Assembly (NCBI RefSeq): GCF_006345805.1
Contig: NC_043004.1
Coordinates: 34,968,001 to 35,032,000 of the forward strand
Source: Octopus sinensis
Lineage: Eukaryota
DNA: 64,000 nt
Direction: 5' to 3'
Shown: positions 52,325 to 63,701 of the stretch, piece by piece
How positions within the stretch are numbered: position 1 is the stretch's first letter
How the letters are laid out: every line of letters starts with the position of its first letter
Notes under the pieces: generated by a model
Seen by the model: the letters and a program-made list of their open reading frames with translations, nothing else
Database searches by the model: none
What the model was told of the DNA's origin: nothing
Made by a program: the position numbers and the translations under genes

Positions 52325-52890
52325 TCCTCTGGAACTTCACCATTCAAACTGACAGAAAAAGATAGATGCGAATAGGCCAGACATTATATTGAAAATCTTC
52401 AGACAAAAATCATGCCTCCTCATTGATATGACTGTCCCAATTGATATAGACGTATCTGTCAAGACCTGCCAAAAACTGAGCAAGTATAAAGATCTTGAAA
52501 TAGAAATTAGCAAAATGTGGAACCTGAAGACTAAAACAATACCTGTTGTCGTAGGTGCCCTAGAAATGATAGCAATAGGGGTTGATTGCTACCTAACTCA
52601 GATACCAGGAAAGCCCAAAATAGAAATTCATAAGATAGTGCTCATGGGAACTGCCCATATCCTACGCAAAATACTTTCTATGTAATCTCAAATTTTAAAA
52701 CAAACACATAATTTTCTTATGTTTTCTTAAACATTCTCTAGAACAATACTACATGCAAAACCAAATATATGACACCCTAGGCATAACATCAACATGAACT
52801 TTTAACTTGTCTCTTGAGGTCTCTGGGTGAGACTTGGAGCCAGCTTGTACAAATACAAAGCAAAAGTCAAACGCATAATAATAATAATAT
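52325..52890 (+). mobile_element. R4/Dong-like retrotransposon 3' end (restriction-like endonuclease) with (AAT)n tail
   Basis: WNFTIQTDRK.DANRPDIILK...SCLLIDMTVP...KLSKYKDLEIEISKMWNLKTKTIPVVVGALEMI...GTAHILRKILSM*. Confidence 0.85.
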
Positions 52891-53392
52891 TGCAACAAGT
52901 ATGGACTTGACAGAGCAAAAAATTGGTACAACCACAAACCCAAAGGCATCATCGAAAATAATAATGCAAAGATCTTTGTGACCATAAGATAGAGAATAAG
53001 AAGCCAGACATAGTCTTAATTGAGAAAGAAAACAAACTATGCTGGATCATAGATATAGTTTGCCCAGCTGATCACAAGGCATGCGATAAGGAAGAAAGAA
53101 AAGTCAATAAATGTGACAGGTAAGCTTGGGAGGTTAAGCAGTTGTGGTTGATGAAAAAGGTGGTAGTAGTACCAATAATCGTCGGAGCCCTGGAAACAGT
53201 GAGTAAAAATCTTGAGAAGTACATGGAACAAATAGGGGCTGCAATAAGGGTGGAGCACTTGCAGAAAACCGCACTGCTTGGAGCCACTCAAATACTCTGG
53301 ATGATGCTCGCAAAATAAGAGGTGTTACCTTAGTTCACTGGTAATACATATCCAGCATCAGAAGCTGTGCAAAGGCAATAACAATAATAATA
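52891..53392 (+). mobile_element. Second, distinct R4/Dong-like 3' end with (AAT)n tail
   Basis: CNKYGLDRAKNWYNHKPKGIIENNNAKIF..DHKIENKKPDIVLIEK..CWIIDIVCP...VVPIIVGALETV...LQKTALLGATQIL. Confidence 0.85.
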
Positions 53393-53600
53393 AGGCAAGC
53401 TGGCAGAATCATGAGCACATCGAAGAAAAATGCATAGTGGCATTTCTTCCTTGTGTTTTATGTTCTCAGTTCAAATCCTGGCAAAGTCAATCTTTTCTTT
53501 ATTGCCTTTCACCTTTTGGCATCAGTAAAATAAGTATCAGTGAAGAGCTGAGACACAGGGTATAAACTGAGCCCCTCTCTAAATCAGGGTATAAACTAAA
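53393..53600 (+). mobile_element. SINE family B copy
   Basis: GGCAAGCTGGCAGAATCATGAGCAC...TCTCAGTTCAAATCC...GCCTTTCACC; starts right after the Dong (AAT)n tail. Confidence 0.65.
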
Positions 53601-54089
53601 CCCCTCCCTAAATCAAAACCTTTATTATTGTGATAACTTCAATTGCCATTCTTATGTTTGTAACTAGTGTAATAGAATTGCATGAACAGTAGAGTGTTAG
53701 ATGAAATGTCTTGTAGTAATTTTGTCACTTTGTTGTTTGCCTTTCAAATATTGCAAGAATTCTCTTTGGATTTTCTCCATGCAGGGTTGCTATTAGGAAA
53801 GACATCCAGTCACAGAAACCATACAAAAACAGACAATTAGTCTGTTTTGGTCACTCTCTATGACTTGAAAGCTGCTGACAAATCGTCCAACACATACCAG
53901 CATGGAAAACGGATATGAAATGCTGATTATGATGATGTAGGGGTTGGATCAATAAAATATGTACCTGTAATGTAATGGGGGTTGATACATATCCCATATC
54001 CCTGCAATAGTGTGGTCTCACTATAATGTCAGCAATCATTGTTACTACCTCTACAACACCCTCAAATATTACTGCTACTAATACAACTA

Positions 54090-54392
54090 TGTGGAGGCAC
54101 AATGGCCCAGTGGTTAGGGCAGTGGATTCGTGGTTGTAGGATCGCGTTTTCGATTCCCAGACCGGGTGTTGTGAGCGTTTATTGAGCAAAAACACCTAAA
54201 TCTCCACGAGGCTCTGGCAGAGGGTGGTGGCGATCCCTGCTGTACTCTTTCTCTCACTCTTTCTTCTGTTGGCCTGCTTGCTTAGCCAGCGGGGTGGCGT
54301 CATTTGAAGGCTAAAACAATGCGAAGCGCATTGTGACCAGCGATGTGTAGCAACATCTGATAGCCTGGTTGGTCACGGTGACGGTGACAGTA
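54090..54392 (+). mobile_element. Full-length tRNA-derived SINE (third family)
   Basis: A box TGGCCCAGTGG, B-box-like TTCGATTCCC, tail ending (GGTGAC)n. Confidence 0.7.
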
Positions 54393-54679
54393 ACAAATAC
54401 AACTATAAATTTTTAATCATAAACCGAAAACAATTTGTTATCAAATTTTATTACAATTTCTTACGGATTTTATTAATGTTTCATTATTTTCCTTTTTATA
54501 TCTAAAAGTTGAGTTTCTCTTTCTCTTCCATATTCCTCCATTTGCATTCAGTATTCCTTGCACAAAAACATCTTACTTATTCTTTTTAGAATGTATCTGC
54601 TTCTTCATACTTCAACTGTATTGATAACACACGCACGTACGCACACACACACACACACGCGCACACACACACACACCAC

Positions 54680-54801
54680 ACACACACACATGCATGCATG
54701 CATGCATGAATGCACACACATAAACACACATACACATTCAGATATATATTCACTCATTTCCAAACATAGACACACACCTGTATATAAGATGTATGTGTGT
54801 A

Positions 54802-54848
<47 letters not shown>

Positions 54849-55176
54849 TATGCACAAATATAGACATAAGTTTATACTTACTCCTCACTTACACATGTAT
54901 ATTGGTTGGAAGTATATGTGTATATATATATGTATGTATACACACACATTCACACACGTGTGTGTGTGTGTATGAGAAAAATATGGGTGTGCATGCAGAC
55001 ATACATACACTTTTATATAAGATGTATGAGCACACACACACACAACACACACACACACACACACATGCATGCATGCATGCATGAATGCACACACATAAAC
55101 ACACATACACATTCAGATATATATTCACTCATTTCCAAAGATAGACACACACCTGTATATAAGATGTATGTGTGTA

Positions 55177-55225
<49 letters not shown>

Positions 55226-55435
55226 TATGCACAAATATAGACATAAGTTTATACTTACTCCTCACTTACACATGTATATTGGTTGGAAGTATATGTGTAT
55301 ATATATATGTATGTATACACACACATTCACACACGTGTGTGTGTGTGTATGAGAAAAATATGGGTGTGCATGCAGACATACATACACTTTTATATAAGAT
55401 GTATGAGCACACACACACACACACACACACATACA
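54680..55435. repeat. Near-perfect tandem duplication of about 377 bp of microsatellite-rich DNA
   Basis: Unique tracts (CATTCAGATATATATTCACTCATTTCC; CACTTACACATGTATATTGGTTGGAAG) occur twice with near identity. Confidence 0.9.
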
Positions 55436-56337
55436 CACGGATATCAATTCCACCTCTAATCTCCCATCCTCAATATTAATTTCTTTACCATTCTTCTTAC
55501 TTCCCTTTTTAGAAGACATCCTTATTCCAGTTTTCCTTTTATATTATCTTCATCATTTCTTTTTAACCATTCCTTCTCAACAGAGACAAACTAAGTTTTC
55601 TTTTCCTGTTAGCAATTTATGTTTTTCTTTCTTTTTAATCTCTCAATAATTTTCTTTACAAATTTCCATTTATGGAAATTTTTATTTTCTTCCTCTTCAA
55701 TTTCAATTGAAATTACAACCTTATCATTTTTAATTTCAATGAACCATAATAGAGCATTCGTTGCCGTCTAACTATCAGAACCTTTTAATATTGGCATGAA
55801 ACAATTTCCTGTCATTCAAACAATACGATTACCCTTTGTTAAGCCAAACTTTACTATACCTTCACTTTAACTGTTCACTCCAATTAAATTTCTTTTTTTA
55901 TTTTCTGTGAACAAATTGAAATTTTATTATAGTTTCTATTGCTATTCTTGTAGTTGTTGTCGATGTTTTTTAATTTTAACCATGTACATTACTGCATTTC
56001 GTTTCTTTTTCTTTTCTTTTTGTTTTGGTACATGTCATGTCAAAGAACGTGTTCAAACTGCCATGATGATTCAACTTTGCAACAATCAAAATCAAACCAT
56101 CCCTGAGGAGTTGAACTGATGTGTGTAAGAGCTGTTGTTTAACCCAAGGTCAATCCCTGTAGGACAAATCTGGGATCAAAGAAATTCCAACTGTGAATAG
56201 CTCATTTATTTATGAATATATAAGATAACATTACTTTATATATCCTTTCTTTATATGTATACTTATATAATATACATACATTCACACATACATACTCACA
56301 TGTATAAATGAAGAGTATTCTTTATTTTGTATTGAGT

Positions 56338-56387
<50 letters not shown>

Positions 56388-56571
56388 CATACATATACAT
56401 ATATACATACATATATACATATATATATACATACATATATACATATATATATATACATATATATACATATATATATACATACATGGATACATATATATAC
56501 ATATATATATATACATACATACATACATACATACATTCATATACATATATATATACATATATATATAGATA

Positions 56572-56697
56572 AGTAGAAACACTGCCAGATCAGACTGGAG
56601 CCTGGTGCAGCCTCCTGGCTTCCCAGACCCCGGTCAAACCGTCCAACTCATGCTAGCATGGAAAACGGACGTTAGACAAATAATAATGATGATGATG

Positions 56698-56698
<1 letters not shown>
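56572..56698 (+). mobile_element. Orphan RTE-associated 3' module; a similar short copy lies at 57776-57870
   Basis: GTAGAAACACTGCCAGATCAGACTGGAGCCTGGTGCAGCC...CATGCTAGCATGGAAAACGGACG. Confidence 0.75.
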
Positions 56699-56730
<32 letters not shown>

Positions 56731-56869
56731 TATCTACATATACATACATATATACATACATACATTCATATACATACATATATACATATACATACATACA
56801 TATACATATATTATACATATACATACATTTACATACATATATACATACATACATACATATATATATATT

Positions 56870-57676
56870 CAGTCAACTCTGGCTACTATGCCACCCTGCG
56901 GGACTGAGCCAAAGTGGCATAGTACCGAGAGTGGCATAGTACTGAGAGTGGCATAGTACCGAGGGTCTGTTATCTAAACACTACATAACCAAAAATTTAC
57001 TGAACATACGAATAAAAATTCATAGGGTAGGAAGTAAGGCCAATAAGAAGTTCAATGCAATGGTAAAAAGAAGACATCCAAGTTTATTAAGTTCAGATTG
57101 CTTTTAGTTAATCCCGAAGCTCTCAAAAATTGTCGGCTGACGCATCTTCTTTCGGCGGATTTCATTCATTTCGTTGTCTAGGCTATCACACGCCTGCATG
57201 ACGCTGGGTTTTCCGCTACTCTGCTGCTGCATAAACTTTCAGATAGTGTTCCATGCTCTCTGGGCATCTGCAAACGTAACGTATTCCTCTTCCACTATTA
57301 CCTCGTCGTCTTCACTTTCCACCGGCTCTTCGTTATACATTGCCTCCTTTGCTATTTCTTCTAGAGTGAAACATGTCGGACAATACAAGGGGTGGTAACT
57401 TGTATCAGATATTACTAATGATACGAGGGGCCCGACAATAACGTTTTTCACAGCATCGATAATCTCCTTCTTTTCCTTCAGCGTAAACTCAGTCCGCTTG
57501 CGTTTCTGAGCTGACATTGTGTGCTACTTTCTGAACTTTTCCACAAGATTACAAATACGAAATGTACAAAATGTAGGAGTACAAAATTTCGAAAAGTTGC
57601 GTGCACTTCAGTTTACAAGTGGCATAGTAGCGAGAGTGGCATAGTAGCGAGGTGGCATAGTAGCGAAAGTTGACTG
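56870..57676 (-). mobile_element. Internally deleted Tigger/pogo-like transposon
   Basis: 26-bp TIRs CAGTCAACTCTGGCTACTATGCCACC / GGTGGCATAGTAGCGAAAGTTGACTG; TA at the right flank; three 16-17 bp GTGGCATAGTA repeats near each end. ORF 57517-57239 starts MSAQKRKRTEFTLKEKKEIIDAV (CENP-B-like HTH start) and the frame continues past one TGA to ...KKMRQPTIFESF. Confidence 0.85.
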
Positions 57677-57699
57677 TATATATATATATATATATACAT

Positions 57700-57754
<55 letters not shown>

Positions 57755-57889
57755 CACATACATATATATATATATATTGGAGCCTGGTGCAGCCTCCTGG
57801 CTTCCCAGACCCCAGTCGAATAGTGTAACCCATGCCAGCATGGAAAATGGACGTTAAACAATGATGACACACACACACACATATATATA

Positions 57890-58290
57890 TAAAATACGAA
57901 ATGGGACAAGAACGCAAAACATCCGGACAACTAGGATAACATAACATCCAGATAGACGATACAAAAAAAAACAAGGATGGGTCATTTGAAGCTTTCTATC
58001 CTCAGTCAAGAACCAGATCATCCTCGCAATTTCAGCTGATTAATCTTGAGATTGCTCCAATCTGGCCAGCCCCTAGGAAAAACTAAGCTAAGAGCATTTG
58101 ATTCTTTGGAAGAAAGCATCGAATGTATACAAAAGCAAGAACAAAAAAACAGACAATGTTACACAAATATAAATGCAATAAAATAATAACAGGACATAAC
58201 AACAGGTGTCTTTCGACTAAGGACGATTTGAATTAAGCTGGCGTGTGTGGAAATGAAGCCTTACAGCAGAGATACAAAAGTTTCACAGAC
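57890..58290 (-). repeat. Interspersed repeat, possibly a Penelope terminal fragment
   Basis: Composition and a CTGAGGA motif resemble the other PLE-like tails, but no complete fold or ORF. Confidence 0.25.
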
Positions 58291-58319
58291 ACAGCGAATA
58301 CACACACACACATATCTTG

Positions 58320-58885
58320 GCATTAGGAAGACTGTTGTCCACATTGTCTGCATACTCAGTTGTGGCTGCTAAGACTGACGTGGGATCGACATATCCGATT
58401 GCAATGATGACAGGGGTATGGCTGTTCAGGGTCTTATGATGCAATTGCATTATTTTTTCACCTCTGACTTTTGTCTTCAAGAGAGGCATTGCAAAGATCT
58501 CAAAAGTGGGAAGCAACATCATTGATGGAATGGCACAGGGTGACATGGCCAACTGTTAGAATAAACCACTCACGATAATCAACTGCTTCGGACAGTCCTT
58601 GTAATGCTACCTTATTGCTCCCTGTTGCAGTGGCCAACAGTGAGCTCACAATACATGGTGTTCGTGGGTAGGTGGTGGTCTTATGTCCTGTCAATGTGCT
58701 CTGCCCAATGCAGTCATGTCTCAAGTAAAATGGCTTCCTGGCTGGTGACCATTGCTCGGTCAAGGACCTCAGTGTTGGTGATGTAGTCACTTTAGTAAAT
58801 GTTGATGATGGTACAGAGGCAGTGTTGGTGAAAGCGTTCAAGGAGCCTGAGATGACAGTAGTAGGGGACCCAGGACTCAGAGTCA
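58320..58885 (-). mobile_element. BovB-like RTE 3' relic
   Basis: SESWVPYYCHLRLLERFHQHCLCTIINIY*SDYITNTEVLDRA...LHWAEHIDR...; C-terminal GLSSH remnant. Confidence 0.8.
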
Positions 58886-58959
58886 TTTGCCACACATACA
58901 CACACCAGCCCTCTTCCACACGCACATACATACTCTCTTATGCACACGCATACACACTT

Positions 58960-59230
58960 TCGTTTTGGGATCACCACTACTTTATTATCTCCCCTTCTTC
59001 CTACATCTTCTGTGTGATCCTCTGTCCGGCATTCGCCATGGTAGATCGTTAGTCACTATACATTCTTTATTTTCTCTCTTTGTTTCTTTCTGTGTTCCTT
59101 TCTGTGGAAGAGCGTAGGCTTGAAACATTAAAGACTTTTTCACTTCCTGAGTGTTAAACCAATACATCTGTTTGTTGTCTATACCACCTGTCTTTGTCTT
59201 TTGCTTTTTTTGTGAATTCTTCCTATATAT
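58960..59230 (+). mobile_element. Putative Penelope-like terminal fragment with decayed hammerhead (59098-59133)
   Basis: CTTT-CTGTGGA-A-GAGC-GTAG-GCTT-GAAA-CA-TT-AAAG; same family as 5012-5560. Confidence 0.55.
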
Positions 59231-59365
59231 ATATTATCTGAAATGTACAGTATTATATATCTATTACGGCCGATCTTACCAATTGGTTTCTCCTTAGGGA
59301 TCCAATGGATTGTTAGGTAACAATCTGAAATATAACTAGTCACCATATTTCATTCCATATTCACT

Positions 59366-59420
59366 ACCTCTGATGAGCATAGAGTTACACAATCCCTGGG
59401 GTGAAACTCATTAGTAAGAT
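59366..59420 (+). ncRNA. Type I hammerhead ribozyme-like motif with decayed long stem II
   Basis: ACCT-CTGATGA-[26 nt]-GAAA-CT-catt-AG-TA-AGAT. Confidence 0.45.
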
Positions 59421-59529
59421 CAGCCGTAATGGACATATAATACTGTACACTCTGGATAATATTCCTGCTCAATTGACAGATATACAAGTGCCCCTATTTT
59501 TCCCTGACTTAAGGACTCTTAGACAACTA

Positions 59530-59585
<56 letters not shown>

Positions 59586-59613
59586 ATATTATATTTATAT
59601 ATATATATATATA

Positions 59614-60744
59614 TGTCACAAACTGCGTGATCTCAACATAGTTGGAAAACTGGGAGAATGGCTTCATGACTTTCTGAAGGATAGAAGTCAGGTGGTAGTA
59701 GCCAATGGGGCCACCTCCATTAACACACAAATAGTGAGCGGTGTTCCGCAGGGCACTGTTCTGGGACCACTACTGTTCATAATGGCCCTCTCAGACATGC
59801 CCTCAGCCACGCAGAGAGCCACGATCACAAGTTATGCAGATGATACAAAAGTTTCACAGGCAATACAGAACCCTGAGGACACTAAACACCTGCAATGTGA
59901 GCTGGACGAAATATACAAGTGGGCTGAAAAGAATAGCATGCAGTTCAATGCTGGAAAGTTTCAAGCTTTATACTATCAGCATGCAAAACTGAATGCAATA
60001 CCGAATGAATACACTGGACCCGGAGGGATTGCAATCCCAGAGGCACAATCAGTGCGTGACCTGGGTATTCACATGAGTGATGACGCGACCTTCCATGTAC
60101 ATGTTGCTAAACTGACACTGAAATGTAGACGGCTGGCTGGATGGATTCTTAGAACCTTTAGAACAAGAGAACAAGAAACCATGATGGTCCTCTGGAAGAC
60201 ACTTGTCCTAAGCCACTTTGACTATTGCTCTCAGCTATGGTCACCATCCAGTGTCAAGTTGATCACAGAACTTGAGGCGACCCAACGAAGCTACACAAAG
60301 AAGATAGCCTCTATGCAGAATGTAAGCTACTGGGAAAGACTCAAGAGATTAAAATTATATTCCCTGGAGCGTAGGCGGGAAAGATATGCCATAATATACA
60401 TCTGGAAGATCCTGGAGGGAAGTGTCCTGAACTTTGGCATCGAGAGTTACGCAAATGCCAGAACTGGGCGCCACTGCGTGGTGCCTAGGACTCCAAACCT
60501 GCCATCAAGATGTAGGACAAGATTCTGTGATAGCCTGGGCTTCCGAGGCCCACAGCTCTTCAATATCCTCCCGAAGAACCTGAGAGACCTGCATGGGGTG
60601 GATACAGATGTCTTTAAAATGAAGCTGGATCTCTTCCTGTCAGGTGTCCCAGATGAACCAACTTCACGGCAGGAGGGGCAGATGAGGGCAGCTGCATCGA
60701 ACTCTCTCATGCACCAAATAGCAGTTGCTAGAAAGCCTCCATGA
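59614..60744 (+). CDS. 5'-truncated CR1-like LINE reverse transcriptase ORF (uninterrupted)
   Basis: SGVPQGTVLGPLLF, YADDTKV, VRDLGI, FDYCSQLWSP, SYWERLKRLKLYSLERRRER; about 376 codons without a stop. The ORF-track portion upstream of 59614 is microsatellite and unrelated sequence. Confidence 0.9.
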   Translation, partial: CHKLRDLNIVGKLGEWLHDFLKDRSQVVVANGATSINTQIVSGVPQGTVLGPLLFIMALSDMPSATQRATITSYADDTKVSQAIQNPEDTKHLQCELDEIYKWAEKNSMQFNAGKFQALYYQHAKLNAIPNEYTGPGGIAIPEAQSVRDLGIHMSDDATFHVHVAKLTLKCRRLAGWILRTFRTREQETMMVLWKTLVLSHFDYCSQLWSPSSVKLITELEATQRSYTKKIASMQNVSYWERLKRLKLYSLERRRERYAIIYIWKILEGSVLNFGIESYANARTGRHCVVPRTPNLPSRCRTRFCDSLGFRGPQLFNILPKNLRDLHGVDTDVFKMKLDLFLSGVPDEPTSRQEGQMRAAASNSLMHQIAVARKPP

Positions 60745-60836
60745 AGTGAAACCAAGTAGCAACACCAAATGGCGGTGCCCCAGCATGGCCACAGCTCATA
60801 GCTGAAACTAGAATCAATCAATCAATCAATCAATCA
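60745..60836 (+). mobile_element. 3'UTR and (AATC)n tail of the CR1-like LINE
   Basis: GGCGGTGCCCCAGCATGGCCACAGCTCATAGCTGAAACT followed by (AATC)n. Confidence 0.85.
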
Positions 60837-61128
60837 TATATATATTTTATATATATATATATATATATAATTGGGAGAAGACTTGTGTCTCTTTCTTTTG
60901 ACATGATCCAATTGTTGTAAATGAGTATCACCGTCATAGAAGTGGTGATGTTCATTTCTAGGTTTTTGTGAATTCCTGCCCAGTTAAGAGGAAATAAGTG
61001 AGAGCTGGTGTTGGAAAGAGCCTTCAGCTGTGAAAAATCTGCACCATTGAAGTCTATGTGATTCAAGCAAGTGTGCAAATATAGATGTTAAAACAATGAT
61101 AATGATGATAATGATGATGATTATATAT

Positions 61129-61168
<40 letters not shown>

Positions 61169-61310
61169 CTGAATTAGTGCTTAAGCACTCTGAAAATATA
61201 TCGATTGAATTTAAGAGCTCAGTTCTTAAACATATCGATAAACTCCAGTATATTATTACTCTAATGCAATAACTGCAAATGTAATGAGTTTCCATATGTG
61301 TGTGTGTGTA

Positions 61311-61356
<46 letters not shown>

Positions 61357-61360
61357 CATA

Positions 61361-61391
<31 letters not shown>

Positions 61392-61949
61392 ATAGATTGG
61401 CTAAACCAAATCACAAATCAAAATATTTTGAAAAATCGAAGGAAATACATTTCAGTTTTATTACCTAATGAAATGGTTTATCCAGCTCATTCAAATTAAT
61501 TATTTATGAATTTTATATCTATTAATTATGTAATTATATGGATAATGATGTTCATGCTGTAACTGTGGAAACAGGTGTAGAATAAAATTATGAAATATCA
61601 GTGAAAATTTTGTTCTAATTATTCTAAATATGCATATGTGTGCACGTGTGTATGTGCATGCACATATAATCCTATACATCCATCCACACACCTACAAGCA
61701 CACACACACAAACACACACCAAATTTTCAGGCTAACTTTGAAGAGATTTTATGCCCCTATTTTCCAAGATCAGCTTGGTGTATTGGTGAATAGTTAACAG
61801 TATTGGAGAGCATTAAGATTGAACTTGTAGTCAAGAAGAAGTTAGCTGACATAGAAAACTGGAAGCCTTCTGAATATTAGAAAGATTGCTGCTCAATGAC
61901 CTTCGAACATTGTAAAGGCTGTACAATATGATATGGATAGGAGGAAAAG

Positions 61950-62418
61950 ACAGAGCAGGCAATCTGGCCGCATCCACACACCAAAATTCATCTCTCCATA
62001 TTTGAACTGGGGCTTGGGCTCAGTTCAGACAGCTATGTGAAGCTACTGGAGATTGTGGTGAATCTCTGGCAGGAGATGGTTGCTGCTAGAAGGCCATTTG
62101 TGTGGCAGCAGAATTTGGCTCCTTGGCATACCTCCAGAAAGAGTCAGAAATGAATATTTCCATGATCAACCCCAATATCTGGCCTCTTAATTCCTCTGAT
62201 TGCAATGCCATGGATTATTATGTGTAGATTGTAGTCAAGAAAAATACCAACTACCAAGGGGAGATGATAAAGTAGTGGTGATCCCTGCAACACCAAGGCT
62301 GAGCTGGTGGCCTAGATCAAGGAGGTGTTCAAAAATCTTCCCAGAGTAATATATGTACCAGGTTCCAGAGCTGTTTTGAGGCCTTTGTAGAAACTGATGG
62401 TGATTACTTGAACTAAAT
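61950..62418 (+). mobile_element. Tc1/maT-like transposase relic
   Basis: HIFELGLGLSSDSYVKLL...RPFVWQQNLAPWHTSRKSQK...PNIWPLNSSDCNAMDYYV...CNTKAELVA*IKEVFKNLP...FEAFVETDGDYLN*. Confidence 0.75.
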
Positions 62419-62723
62419 TCCCAGCCATAATTTAGTTGGTACTTTTCAATGTTTTTAAAATGCTATGGCTGGGATGTTTTCTTTTCCATTTATGCTGTAT
62501 CAAATTTAACCAAAAAACCTTATGCATGCATTCATACATACATACATGCATAGATATATACATATATGCATGCATAGATATATACATACATATACAGGAG
62601 TCAGATATTCCCAAGGTGTATGTGCATGGCTAAACAAAAGAAATCAATTCCTTATTTTGTTTTGAAATGGCAGAGGTGGGAGCACAAAAATGGTTATTCC
62701 ATGACTACATACATTATATATAT

Positions 62724-62960
62724 GGGTATATGGTGTAGTGGTTAAGAGTGTGGGCTACTAACTCCAAGATTCAGAGTTCAAATTCCAGGCAGTGACCTGA
62801 ATAATAATAACATCAAAAAATACCTTAAGAATGAGAACCCAGGTTCGAAATTTTCCCCAAGACACCTGATGAAGGCTGGAAGGTATATGAGCCGAAGCAT
62901 TGTGTTAACAAAAAACAAGATGAGGACAAATATCCGTTAAATGTAAATAATAATTGTTTT
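62724..62960 (+). mobile_element. tRNA-headed short element with a 3' hammerhead-like motif
   Basis: A box TGGTGTAGTGG (62731-62741), anticodon-like loop CTACTAA, B box GAGTTCAAATTCC (62774-62786); ACAC-CTGATGA-A-GGCT-[12]-AGCC-GAAG-CA-TT-GTGT at 62862-62905. Confidence 0.6.
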
Positions 62961-63273
62961 TGTTATATATTCTGTTATATATTTGTTATATATATTTATG
63001 AATAAAATAGGGATCAATGATGTAAAGTAATCAATTCAACAAAAGTATCTCAGTCCCAGGATATTCTGCCCCATAAATTGTACCCTCTTTTCCTGTTCCT
63101 CCACTGTACACCCATCATGTTCACATGTACCGGTGAGTAAATTTGTATGACAGGATTTGAAATTTTTCATGCTAAATTACGACAGGTATTAATACCACAT
63201 AGCTCTCCTCTCTACTCCACCTACACACCCCTATACTCTATGTTGCTATGTTCCAGGAATGATCTCATCTCTC

Positions 63274-63491
63274 ACTCTTTACTCTTTTACTTGTTTCAGT
63301 CAGTTGACTGCGGCCATGCTGGAGCACCGCCTTTAGTCGAGCAACTCGACCCCGGGACTTACTCTTTGTAAGTCCAGTACTTATTCTATTGGTCTCTTCT
63401 GCTGAACCGCTAAGTGACGGGGACATAAACACACCAGCATCGGTTGTCAAGCAATGCAAGGGGTACAAACACAGACACACAAACATACATG

Positions 63492-63537
<46 letters not shown>

Positions 63538-63701
63538 TGCGACAGGCTTCTTTCAGTTTCCGTCTACCAAATCCACTCACAAGGCTTTGGTCGGCCCGAG
63601 GCTATAGTAGAAGACACTTGCCCAAGGTGCCACGCAGTGGGACTGAACCCGGAACCATGTGGTTGGTAAGCAAGCTACTTACCACACAGCCACTCCTGCG
63701 C
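63274..63701 (-). mobile_element. Full-length, well-preserved SINE family A
   Basis: Reverse complement of the 16077-16468 structure, with B-box-like GGTTCAGTCCC. Confidence 0.9.

Noticed and set aside
57975-58015. CTGAGGA hammerhead-like core on the minus strand
   Set aside because: No properly placed GAAA or stems could be built.
58500-58931. 143-aa minus-strand ORF
   Set aside because: Alternative frame of the decayed RTE fragment; the homologous frame contains stops.
59401-59613. N-terminal part of the 447-aa ORF
   Set aside because: Runs through an unrelated repeat and (TA)n; only 59614 onward is LINE-derived.
62724-62795. Functional tRNA gene
   Set aside because: Acceptor and anticodon stems pair poorly and there is no T-run terminator; treated as a SINE head. 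The same applies to the other SINE heads.
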